From contig NC_043012.1 of the NCBI RefSeq assembly GCF_006345805.1, positions 36,146,001 through 36,210,000 on the forward strand: a DNA stretch of 64,000 nt, written 5' to 3'. The position numbers and the translations under genes were made by a program. Below the pieces are notes generated by a model that saw only the letters and a list, made by a program, of their open reading frames with translations, was not told the DNA's origin and made no database searches. Origin of the DNA: Octopus sinensis (Eukaryota). Below are positions 1-11,571 of the stretch, piece by piece; position 1 is the first letter of the stretch, and each line of letters opens with the position of its first letter.

Positions 1-113
1 AAGGCCTAAAATTATGGGAGAGGGGACTAATTAGTTGCATGACCCTAATGAGACATTTTGGGTTTTTTTTTTTACCCTTGATTTTAATTGTGATTTTGGT
101 GGACAATTGCTAG

Positions 114-347
114 AGGTCACGAGGTCATGAGGTCAACTAAATGTGATGTCATTCTAAATTCTCATTCTGACCTGGTTCTTCAACCCAGTTCACCAATGGT
201 TCATACGCTTCGCTGATTTTTTGTGTGTGGCCTTTTGTCATGAATGACATGCGGTCACTTCAACCTCTAATTTGACCATCATTGTCAGATACAGGATTTG
301 TGACACACTGACCTTTAGTCATAAATCGTCTTTAGTCAAACTGACCT
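114..347. promoter_or_regulatory. Cluster of nuclear-receptor half-sites (triple DR2 plus three TGACCT)
   Basis: AGGTCA at 114-119, 122-127 and 130-135 (2-nt spacing); TGACCT at 168-173, 309-314 and 342-347, in non-microsatellite intronic DNA. Confidence 0.4.
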
Positions 348-850
348 TTGTTTATATGTAAGGCTTCAAATACATTGACTTGTTAGTTCATGATTTGTGT
401 ATCACAATGATTCCTCATCACCACAACAATCACAACAACCACAACCATCACCATCAACACTATCATCATCACTACCATCACCATCACTAACATCACCACC
501 ACAACTATCTTACTATTACTACTACTACTACTACTACTGCATCCTCACCAACACCACCATTTCCACCACATTGGTATTATTACCCCCACCACCTCCACCT
601 TCAACACTCCACCATCACCACCACCATCACCATCAACACTATCATCATCACCATTATCAACCCCCCATCACTACCACCACCTTCGCTAACATCACCACCA
701 CCACAACCATCTCCACTATTACTACCACCTCCATCTTCAACACTCCACCATCACTATCAGCAAGACCACCATTACTACTACTCCTACCACAACCCATTCT
801 ATCACTGTCCCCATTGCCTATACATCACCTCTCTCTTTCCTCCTCTCCAG

Positions 851-1002
851 AGACCCACCTGTTGCATTGGTCCAGCGTCGTCGGTGCATCCCACAGCGCA
901 GAGTACAACATCTGGCAGTATGGAGGGATGGCGTCCCGTGCAGTGAAGTACGTCTGTGAGTACGGCTCATCAAATGTCCTCGAGGGTGAAATGAGAAAAC
1001 AT
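851..1002 (+). CDS. SPON1: F-spondin/spondin-1-like, internal exon A (Spondin_N domain); first exon of join(851..1002,9224..9368,15886..15992,17637..17877,20451..20942,22893..23063,28040..28315,29686..29870,31937..32011), 5'-partial
   Basis: Pyrimidine-rich acceptor ctctttcctctccAG and donor GTAAGT at 1003. Encodes (E)THLLHWSSVVGASHSAEYNIWQYGGMASRAVKYVCEYGSSNVLEGEMRKH, which resembles the Spondin_N domain. Enters in phase 1, exits in phase 0. All downstream exon phases join in frame. Confidence 0.92.
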
Positions 1003-1503
1003 GTAAGTACAATGGCAAGGAGGGGGGGTCAAAGATATGTCTTAGTTGTTGCAGGGGAGGGCGTAAAGAGGGAGGGGTTCGTGAGAGCAAAATTGGGTTC
1101 TGATTGTTGTTGCTGTTGTTGCTGTTGTTGTTGTTGTTGTTGTTGTTGCTCTTGTTCTTCTTGCTGTCGCATTGTTTTATAGATGTTGTTATTTTTCATT
1201 GATTGTCATTGTTGTTGTTGTTGTAAAGTCATTTCCATTTGGTGCTCAAAAGTTTCTGCCAATCTGCAATTATCAATAAAATAATGACCCTTTCTATTAA
1301 AGGCACAAGGCCTGAAATTTTAGTAGGGGGAGTCACAATCACATTGACCCGAGTAATTTATTGACCTCGAAGGGATGAAAGGCAAATTCAACGTTGGTGG
1401 AATTTGAACTTGGCATGTAAAGACAGACGAAATACCTCAAAGTATTTCATCCGGCATGCTGGAGCAATTCTACCAGCTCACAGCCTTAATGATGATGATG
1501 ATG

Positions 1504-1565
<62 letters not shown>

Positions 1566-1639
1566 TCTGCAATTTGTGGGGAAGGGAATAGTCGATTAAA
1601 CTGACCCCAATATATATATATATATATTTCAAAATGTAA

Positions 1640-1834
1640 CTACATTTGAATCGTTGGCAATTTTCTTCCTCCGTCTTCCTTTTCTTTTGGACTTTCCTTT
1701 GTTTCTGAAGAAGAGCGTCTGCTCGAAATGTTAAACCATCTTTCTTTCCTTCTCTGAGCGTCTGCTAATACTTTATATGTACCACGTCCTCTTGTTGTTG
1801 TTTTTTTGTATTTGTTCTTCTTTTTTGGATTTAC
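1640..1834 (+). mobile_element. Short hammerhead-bearing repeat (family shared with 54766..54975 on the - strand)
   Basis: Aligns by eye with the reverse complement of 54766-54975 (gttggcaatttt..., ctgagcgtc..taatactttat..gt.ccacgtcctc..gttgttg..., ggatt.act). Both copies end against (TA)n. Confidence 0.7.
1701..1736 (+). ncRNA. Minimal type-I hammerhead ribozyme motif
   Basis: GUUU-CUGAAGA-A-GAGC(GUCU)GCUC-GAAAU-GUU/AAAC: 4-bp stem I, intact core boxes, 4-bp stem II, and stem III reduced to A-U/U.G (probable CpG decay of the AACGUU palindrome). Confidence 0.7.
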
Positions 1835-1849
1835 TATATATATATATAC

Positions 1850-2205
1850 TAGCACTATATACTAGCAACGCCAGGTCATAGTGCTAGTACATGCATATAC
1901 AGCTGCGTGCGTGCGCACATACACGTGAGTACTGTCCAAATCTCCGACCAATCACATACAGCTAGCAAACTTTCAATTGGCGTATCAAGTTTCGGGCATT
2001 TTGATTGGGTTTTGGATAGAAAATTCACAAAAAAGTCACTTCTACTGATTTTTTAATGGCTTTGCGGGGTGACTGGGAAAATGTAAAGATATGCACGACC
2101 ACCCTTGGACGGTTTTGAATGACCATAGAAAGCGCGAGCCCTCTAACTGAAAAATTGGGGATTTGTATAAAAGACACACACACAGACATTTTGCCATTTA
2201 CATAT
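1850..2205. mobile_element. Non-autonomous Helitron-like fragments
   Basis: caacgccaggtcatagtgCTAGT (1867-1889) resembles the 3' hairpin-CTAG end of the Helitrons at 23741 and 52943. The adjacent ~300 bp looks like repeat-body sequence; its family is not confirmed. Confidence 0.4.
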
Positions 2206-2207
2206 AC

Positions 2208-2238
<31 letters not shown>

Positions 2239-2259
2239 ATATATTATATATATATATAT

Positions 2260-3460
2260 CAGGGTGCATAAGGTTTTTGAGGACATACCTTTTTGGGGTC
2301 ATTGCTGCATTATTGCTTTGTATAATCTTTGTTTCAGAAAATAATAATGGCAGACCCTCAGCTTACTCAAGAAATGAAGAGACATGCTGTTATTGTGATT
2401 ATAAAGGCTGAGCATAGAAATATCTCGAATTTTAAAAGTTGCCAGATCTTTCGTCTACAAAGTTTGTAAGGAGTTTGAGACTGAAGAGGGAAACATATCA
2501 CCAGTTTCAAAGCATAAAAAGCATTCTAAACGCTCTGAAATCATCAGAACACCTGAATTTATCCAGCAAGCTCAACAGACTATTGATTACAATCCCAGAA
2601 AGTCCATGAGGTCAATAGCAAAAGATTTTGCAACAGAAATGTTGTCCACGAAGACATCAGAAATAAGTCTTATATGATGAGGAAAGGTGAATTTGTCAGA
2701 AAAAGCAAAAGAAAATCACTACATCAGATCTAAAAGAACCTTAAATAAACTGAAAAATCCAACAGAAGAAGATTTGACTTGGTTTTTCCAAAACGAGAAA
2801 AACTTCGACGAAGATCAGAAAGTTAACAGAAGAAATGACAGATGGTTATGTGCAGACTCTTCTGAAGTTCCAAGTGTTGTGCATACAAAATGTCTTGGTT
2901 TTAGGGGTTGTCAGCAATGAAGGACATGTGATGCCTCCTTACTTCTTTCCACAAGGCTTTTGAGTTAACTCTGCCACCTATATTGAGGTCCTGGAAACAA
3001 TTGTTAAGCCCTGGATAGACAGTGTCTGCAATGGAAGGCCATATGTGTTTCAGTAAGACTCTAGTAACACAGGAATGGACGGCTGAAAATATTCATGATC
3101 ACATAACCCCTAAGATTTGGCCTCCTAATTCCCCAGACCTCAATCCATTGAACTATTACATGTGGAGCCTTGTTGAGAGAGAGGTCAATGATCACGCCCA
3201 TAACACCAAAGATTCTTTGAAAGCTGCCATAGTCAGAGTAATGTCCAAAATGAACCAGGACCACTTGATTCGAGCATGTAGATTATTTAGATCTCATATA
3301 GAAGCAGTTGTTGGAGCTGAAGGTGGCTTTATTGAAAAACATTATAGAAAAGGTTTATTTTTATCATCATAACATTTTTTGATAAATAAAGTTATTATCT
3401 GTTATTATTATTCTGTTTTTTAGAAACATAAATCTGTCCTGAAATATCTTATGCACTCTG
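2260..3460 (+). mobile_element. Near-full-length, decayed Tc1/mariner-superfamily transposon (DD37D/maT-like)
   Basis: 26-bp TIRs (2260-2285 and 3435-3460, 22/26 match) and TA at the 3' end. The broken transposase starts at ATG 2347 and contains WFFQNEKNFDEDQKVNRRNDRW, GRPYVFQ*D and WPPNSPDLNPLNY..W. It has stops, frameshifts and a deletion after the second catalytic D; the family call depends on reconstructing that gap. Confidence 0.88.
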
Positions 3461-5747
3461 TATGTCATCATCATCATCATTTAACGTCCGCTTTCCATGC
3501 TAGCATGGGTTGGACGATTTGACTGAGGCCTGGCAAACCAGATGGCTATATATATGTATGTGTGTATGTGCGTGTGTGTGTATAAATATATACACACACA
3601 TACACACATATATATTTATATATAGAAATACACACGCGCTCACTGTACCCTTCTCTCTTTACACCCTCTCTCTATTTCATCTCTCACTCATCTCTATCTA
3701 TCTCTTTCTCTCTCTCCCTCTCTCTCTCAATTCCCAATAGCCAGTAGCTACCCCAGGTGGATTCACCCAATTCAAATCTCCCCCACACAGTCCCTTCTCC
3801 TTCACCCTGTCCACCACCCCACGCATCCCTCTTATTTTGTCTGGCCTTCTCTGTCACTTCCTAACTACAGCAATAAATACAAGGGTTGTCATCCACCCAC
3901 CACCCCAACCAGGCCCAGCGACAACAACTGTAGCTATACGACCACCACTACCTCCTCCTCCACCATCTCCACTACAGATACTACTACCTTCACCATTACA
4001 CGTATTTATCAATACCACCACTACCACTATTTCCATACCACCACAAGGACCAACATACAACCAATCAACACCCCCAAGGTCAACACTACACCTCCATTAT
4101 CACTAACAATACTACACCACCACCATTACCACCAGCACCCTCACTGCCACTGCCACCACCACCACCACTATCACTACTTAAAACATTGCTATCACTGCAA
4201 CTACCATCACCACTACCTCCACAACCAGCCCCCACCACATCTACCACCACCACAACTACCCCAACCATAGCTACCACCACCAGTGCTACTAAATACCACC
4301 ACGACCGCGACTACCACCACCACCACCTCAGCTACCACCAACAACAACAATATCACTACCACTTACTACATTGCCACCATTACCACTACCATCAACACTA
4401 CGTCCACACAACCACCATCACTCACAGTTCTGCACCATCGCCACCACTAACATCACCGCTACCACCAACATGTACCTGTTGCCACCACCACCACCAACAA
4501 CAACTACCCAGCCTTTACCCTAGGTAGATATCTTTTACTTACCTTCAGACACAGTCTCATAATCCCCCACCTCACCTCACCCCTCATATACCCAGATCCT
4601 GCATTAACTTAATACCTCCTCCCACCCCTACACCCTACACCGTCCTACAGCTGCTGCATCCTCTCCCACGTCTGCACCCTACCTCTCTTCTTACATCCAC
4701 CCTTAACCCACCCCAGTAACTGATCCCATAATGCAGTTTTTTTTCATTTTCCCCATTCCAGTCTATAAAGTCTCAGGGCATTCTTTCATATATATATATT
4801 GATATAAATGTATGTATATGTATATATATGTGTGTGTGTATATGTATATATATATACACACACACATATATATATATAATGTGTGTGTTATGCATGTGCG
4901 TGTGTATATATGTAAATGTCTGTATGCATATGTGAACATGTCATTTATATGTGTATGCATGTATGTGTGTGTGTATATATGTATATACATACATACATAT
5001 AAATATACATACATGCATACATATATGTATGTGTGTATCTAAGCATGTGTCTAAGAATATTTATTTATATCTATATGTGTGTATATAAGTACCAGACTTG
5101 AAATATATAGATATATATATATGCACCATCTGTGTCATTGTCCATGTGTGTCTATACATATTTATGCTTGTTTGTAACACTGTGTGTGTGTGTATTTACA
5201 TGTGTCTATGCATATGTTTATATCTGTGTTAGTTTGTGTGTCTCTCAACAAACTCCTTCCTTTTAATTATTGTGTTTTAATATCTTTCTTGTTAATGCTG
5301 ATGTTGTTGTAATTGTCCTTAGTGTTAGTTGTCATTATTGATACTGTTATGTTGTTGTTAAGTCCCAGTCAGTAATAGTATATTTGATATTACATTATTT
5401 AATGTGTGATGTTCTGTAGCACTTATAGTCTCATAGCATGCGATGTTGTCTAGACACAAGTAACTAATTTTAACATTATGTGTGTTAAAATGTTCGTGTA
5501 TTTATAAGTACATACAAAATAGTAATTAATAAAGGATAAAATGTCCATGGCTGTTTTCATAAAGATAACTAGGTTGAACAAAGAATTTGAATCAAGCTAC
5601 TTAGCTCCACCCAGTCCAAAAATTGAACCCACAACCTTATGATCATAAGCCCAACAGCTTAAACACTATGCCACATGCCTTCACATGCACACACACACAC
5701 ACACACACACTCACAACACACACACACACACACACACACCATATATA

Positions 5748-5790
<43 letters not shown>

Positions 5791-5793
<3 letters not shown>

Positions 5794-6833
5794 CTAAGCA
5801 ATAAAGGGTTTAGCAACGAATTGCCTTACCATATACGAATTTAGAAATAGCAGTCAAAGAGTTATAGCTATTCTTCTACTAAAAAGGGAGATCTCAGTTA
5901 AAAACAGCAATTGGAAGGCAGACACAAAAGGTAAGAGAGAATGAATTGAGGCAATCTATCATACAATTTTAAGTTATCTACGGACGTACGTTCGAAATCA
6001 AGTTTTTAGGAAAGCATAAGAATTAAATATTAAATAATTCTATCTCACCAAAACTTCTTTTCTCTTCAGCGTAGAATATATAATCATAAATGATTATATA
6101 TGCTTAGTATATTGCTTTATATATGCTAGTATATGCTTTATTGCTTAGTATTACTTAAATTTTCCTCGAATGAGGCTTTTACATGCCGAAGACTACTTGG
6201 TGTAATGATATTATTCAAATTAATTAATTTCACCCTTCATTATTACGGAAACCATATTATCTCAGTAGATGAACACGCATCTTGTTTTGGCTACACGCGG
6301 GTGGGAAGGGCTGGTGACACAATCTTTTCATTCACACATTGAATTTGGTGATACTAGTTGCGGTTCTAGCTCGCTCTGATACTGAGTTGAGTTGGTGCCT
6401 TCTAGTATCTCAAAATTCAATATATAATCATTTATGATTATAGTATTCTACGCTGAAGAAAAAGAAGTTTGGTGAGATAGAATTATTTAATATTTAATTC
6501 TTATGCTTTCCTAAAAACTTGATTTCGAACGTACGTCCGTATATAACTTAAAATTGTTGATAGATTGCCGTCAATTCATTCTCTCTTACCTGTTTTGTCT
6601 GCCTTCCAATTGCTGTTTTTAATTACTGAGATCTCCCTTTTTAGTAGAAGAAATAGCTATAACTCTTTGACTGCTATTTCTAAATTCGGTATGTGGTAGG
6701 CAATTCGTTGCTAAACCCTTTATTGCTTAGTATTACTTAAATTTTCCTCGAATGAGGCTTTTACATGCCGAAGACTACTTGGTGTAATTGATAATTATTC
6801 AAATTAATTAATTTCACCTTTCATTATTACGGA
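5791..6833. repeat. Large inverted repeat (arms ~310 bp) with an internal direct duplication
   Basis: 5791-6100 is the reverse complement of 6421-6733; 6136-6249 is directly repeated at 6718-6833. Confidence 0.9.
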
Positions 6834-6837
6834 TAAC

Positions 6838-6872
<35 letters not shown>

Positions 6873-8261
6873 ACATATATATATATATATGTATAAATGT
6901 ATATATACATTGCATAATTTTTCAATCTGGAAGAATTCAAAATTGTTGCCATATTTCTTTGAATTATTAACTATTCTAACACTCTTGCACTCAGATTGGA
7001 ATGGTGCCTCCTCCTTCTGTCTGTTGGCATGGGTGGATGACAAGCTGCTTCACAATTGTTTTAAATTAGATAAATACATTAACTGAAGAATTTTCCACAC
7101 AAAGCCTTAATGAACAACTCAAAGAAAGAACAAATTAAATTAAGTTTCTGTGTTTGTTTTTCATTTTGTTTCTTTTGGGTTTAGGTGGGGTTTTTTTTTT
7201 ACATCAGAGAACCTAAGATTGGTTAGTGATTCCCCTTGTAGAATCTCACACTGTTCTGTTTGTTCTGGTTGGAGTGGGGTGGGAAGAGCTGATGCAGAGT
7301 TGTTTCATGTTTGTGTAGGTTGGCTACATATGCAAATATATACATTTATCTGCTGGTGGCTATTAAGCCAAGTCATTGGAACATCAGATAAACGATCTTG
7401 CAGTGTTTGATCTAACTCGCCCCTGTCTGAGTTCAAATCCAGCCGAAGTCAGGTCATCTTCACCTTTCTTCCAAGAACAGTAGATTTATGGTACTCTAAG
7501 AACATCGACCAGGTACCTTGTAGTGTTTGTTTCAGTTCCTTGCATTCTGAGTTCAAAACCTGCCATGGCCTACTCGGAAGGTAGACTCTATGTTTCCCAG
7601 TTTAGCACTACTATTTGACCCCTTAGGTACGTTTAGTGGAGTCCTCTCCATTGCAAGCATTCTAGAGGTCTCAGAGATCCTGTAAAGGATCATAGCCACT
7701 TCTTCCCACCAGACTTAAAAGAAATTTAAAATGTTGCACACTGTGAGGTACAATGATGTGAGACCCAATAAACAATGGTAGTAGAGCACAAGGGCTGTGA
7801 GGTGCAAGGGGCCTGGGGCTATTATACACTGATTTCCTCCATATTCCCCAATTCTTGTAACAAACTATTACACTCTTCTATGACAGCCACTCCCATCAAT
7901 TTTGATATAGGAGTGTTTGAAAGAAAAGGTTTTTAAAAAATGGATTAAAAATAAAAGCTGCATCTATTTGTAATTTGTGAATGTAATTAGAGTCTCGTTA
8001 TGGATTTTGTTATGAAGTCACAAAGGGGACAATGATGATTTTGATATTGCTTGGCGTTGGATAAATGTATCTTTTGATTGCAGGACAGAATTCTTTTATT
8101 CTTCTGTTTCTTCAACTCAAATCGTTTTGATACATCAAGATACTTTTTAAGACCCTCAGATCAATCTAGGCAATAACTTCCCCCAAAATGTTAAATTAAA
8201 CTGAAGGGATTCTTTGTGTTTATTTAACTTACCCTTATATCTAAGGATGGGTCTTCTTTTA

Positions 8262-8690
8262 CTACAGAATCCCTATACTTGTTGGCGAAAATAAAAGAAT
8301 TTTGGCAATGCAACTGTCTTGCTTCTGAGCAACATGTCCTGCCCATCTGCACTGAATTCTTGACAACATGCTTTCTCTCTTGGAGATATCACATTTTACT
8401 AAAATTTTGACATTTGATTTCTTGTCTGACAATTTGTGTTGCAGATATTGTACAAAAAGCACACGTGGAAGGTCTCCAGTTTCTGTAAATGTCTGTAGTA
8501 GGGAGTCCATGTTTCTCTCCCATACAAAAGTGTTCTCACAGTACAAGATTTGTAAATATTTACTTTAGTTTTCAAACTAACAGTGTTCATCCCACGAATG
8601 ATGGAAATGCTTTCAAAAACACATGTAGTCTTCAATATTCTAACATTGATTTCATCATCAAGAGTACTCTTAAACTGGCAAAAAGTACAG
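8262..8690 (-). mobile_element. RTE (BovB-like) LINE reverse-transcriptase C-terminal fragment, decayed
   Basis: Frameshifted minus-strand translations KTKVNIYKSCTVRTLLYGRETWT..RHLQKLETFH and ESMLSRIQCRWAGHVAQKQDSCIAKILLF match the RTE LLYG.ETW and LRWAGHV motifs. Confidence 0.85.
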
Positions 8691-8713
8691 GAGCTAAAAT
8701 AATAATAATAATG

Positions 8714-8811
<98 letters not shown>

Positions 8812-8822
8812 GATAATAATAA

Positions 8823-8868
<46 letters not shown>

Positions 8869-9223
8869 TAAAAAAAAAAAAATGAACGAACTACTGAGTT
8901 TGGTTTAATGGCCTACCAATGTATACTATGAGTTTCTTTGCCCTAGGAGTCGGGAAGACACTCAGCAAGAAATGGAAGCAAATTTGAAAGAAGAAAAAAA
9001 AGTAATAATAATAATAATAATAATAATATAATAATAATAATAATCCTTTGACCCACGAATAGTCAAGCAGGAAGGCAAAAAGATAGATAGATACAACCCT
9101 CAAATATGACCGGTTTAAATGCTAAATGCTGAATAATGATAATATTAATGAGTTCTTTTGCTTTGTTTTCTAAAAATGGTAATTTTAACAAATCCTTTTT
9201 CTTTTCTTGTTTCTATCCTCCAG

Positions 9224-9368
9224 AGTGAGAAGATCCGTACAGTTGTGAAAACTCCCCAGATGTGGGGGGATGTCCTACGTTCCCACCAAGCTTTGTTTTC
9301 AGTCAACAAAGATTACCAATTCTTGTCCCTCATCACTATGATTGGCCCCAGTCCTGACTGGTGTTTAG
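9224..9368 (+). CDS. SPON1: F-spondin-like exon B (Spondin_N)
   Basis: Acceptor ttctatcctcCAG, donor GTAAGA. Encodes SEKIRTVVKTPQMWGDVLRSHQALFSVNKDYQFLSLITMIGPSPDWCL, with the spondin M(I/M)GPSPDW motif. Phase 0 to 1. Confidence 0.95.
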
Positions 9369-10464
9369 GTAAGACTTGTTTTCAGCCTCTTACTTACTGT
9401 TGTTGTTGTTGTTACTACCTTCTTCTTCTTCTTCTTCTTCTTCTTCTTCTTCTTCTTCTTCTTCTTCTTCTTCTTCTTCTTCTTCTTCTTCTCTTCTTCT
9501 TCTCTTCTTCTTCTTCTTCCAATCAGGACTCACGCCATAAGCCACAAAGAATAATCTCTAATTCGAGCCTACTCTAAGCTACTAAGAGTGCGTGTGGCAA
9601 CTTGACGATCCACCCACCACACGCAATAGACTGGCGGTTGCACAGATGCGAAAGTTACGTTGTTATCCTCATTCCATAAATAGTGGCTTTTAACAGGTGG
9701 AGAGCTGAACCATCGTGGGGTGCAGAGGACTCGCAATCTAAACTAGGGTCTGAAAGTTTGCCACACCGTAGTGGGTTACACCATGGTTCCTCTGCTTTGT
9801 GGCAGAAGTAGGAAGAAAGAGTGAGAGAAAGTGGTGGTGAAAGAGTACAGCAGAGTTCATCACCTCTCCCTGCTGGAGCCTGATGGAGCTTAGGCGTTTT
9901 TGCTCAATAAACACTCACAATACCCAGTCTGGGAATCAAAATCGCGTTCTTACAACCGCAAGTCTGCTACCCTAACCACTAGGCAATTGTGCCTCCACTG
10001 CTGCTGCTGCTGCACAACTATGGGTCAGCCCTGATCCAACAAACCCATGTTTTTTTTAACCTCATCTTGCACTATTGTAAATGCTGAATTGTGGAAGATG
10101 CACCCTAATTATGGAAAAGGCACACGTAAAGTGGTTGGCATTCAAAAGGACATCCAGCTGTGGAAACCATGCCAAAACTGACAGTGGACCCTGGTACAGC
10201 TCCCAACCATGCCAGTTCCTGTCAAACCATCCAACCCATGCCAGTATGGATAAAAACTGAGGTTTAATAATGAAGATGATGATGATGGTGCCAGCGATAA
10301 CAACAATGTAATTCTAGGAAAAAACACTATAAACTTAGCAAAACCCCATTCCTAAGATTGGGCAGTGTCCAGAAGATACACACCAAATGCCTGTTATAAG
10401 ATCAATTTGGCAGATAAACCAGTGGAGTGCTCCTACCTGTCATTGAGAACGACGAGCATGGATT

Positions 10465-10637
10465 TCATTTGCTTTCAGGTTGTGGCTCAGGACAGACATG
10501 GTGGCTGCATCAGATGAGGAAGTTTGCCTTTAGGTTCTGCTAGGTAGACACTGTCTACCTAGCAGAACCAAAATGCAAATTTCCTCATCTCATGCAGCCA
10601 CCACGTCTGACCTGAACCACAACCTCAGAGCAAATGA
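10465..10637. repeat. Palindromic foldback (MITE-like), 86-bp arms
   Basis: 10465-10550 versus the reverse complement of 10552-10637: 9 mismatches in 86 bp by manual alignment; single-base spacer C at 10551. Confidence 0.9.
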
Positions 10638-11264
10638 GGCCCCACTGGTTGTCCTTCCACTCTCATGACCTCCCTCACCCCTCAGCCATTGATGTGACAT
10701 CACTGACACTATACTTCCAGCCCCACCTCAGCCCCACAATCTGAAGTTAGAACATAAAAGTCCAGAACAAATATCACAAAGAATACTCTTCTAACGCTCT
10801 ACCGATTCTGCCATCCCGCTTCTATTTCTAACTAGTTTCCATGACCAGGTATAGAGGCTTCTTTGGTACTTTGACTAGAAAGGGGTAGAGAGGTACGTAT
10901 GCAAGGGGAGGTAACTTCAGGGTGCTGCTGTATCAGAATTCCCCAAAAAGCACCTAGAGACCCTGACATTTAGTGTAGAAGTTCCGGTAGTGAATTGTTA
11001 GTTTAATAACAAGTTAGCTTATCTTTAGTTGGCTTGTAGGGGTGGGGTCATCAGTTCCTTGTTAGGGTGGGGCCATCAGGAAATCCTTTTTCCTCAAATT
11101 TCAGGCTCATTTCAGTCTAAAATTCACTTCCTCCAGCCACGCCCATACTCTTATCTTTAACTTCTTGTCTCCATCTTCATTTATGATTTGATTGTTTTTG
11201 TTGTTGTACGTGTTTGTCTTGTTATTGTTATTGTTGTTGTTGCTGTTGTTGTTGTTTTGGATGT

Positions 11265-11571
11265 TGAAGTTTGACAGAGTGCTTGCGTCTTGAGAGAGAA
11301 TTTAGACATAGGAGGAATTAGCTGTTGTGTGCCAAAGGGAAGACTGCACCGGGTTGGACATGTGATGCGGATGGATGCCGGCAGCTCCATAAAGAAGTCC
11401 AAATCTCTCAAAGTGGATGGAGCACTTGGAAGTTGGAGACCCAGGAAGACATGAGATGAAGAACTGAAGAACAACCTCAGGATGCTGGACCCTTCTGGCG
11501 AGATGACAAAGGACCAAGATACCCAGCACTTTGCTCTACTCGAGAAGACCTGTACTCCGCAGCAGAAGTGC
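11265..11571 (+). mobile_element. RTE LINE 3' fragment, decayed
   Basis: LRERLDIGGISCCVPKGRLHRVGHVMRMD...GSWRPRKT*DEELKNNLRML...LLEKT matches the RTE C-terminal LRW.GHV.RM and GRPRKTW motifs. Confidence 0.85.

Noticed and set aside
397-850. His/Pro/Thr-rich N-terminal part of ORF 397..1182
   Set aside because: (CAC/CAT)n low-complexity intron sequence upstream of the true acceptor at 849-850.
6160-6200. CTCGAATGA-GGC..GCC-GAAG in the duplicated Y segment
   Set aside because: Both core boxes deviate in both copies and no stem I or III is present.
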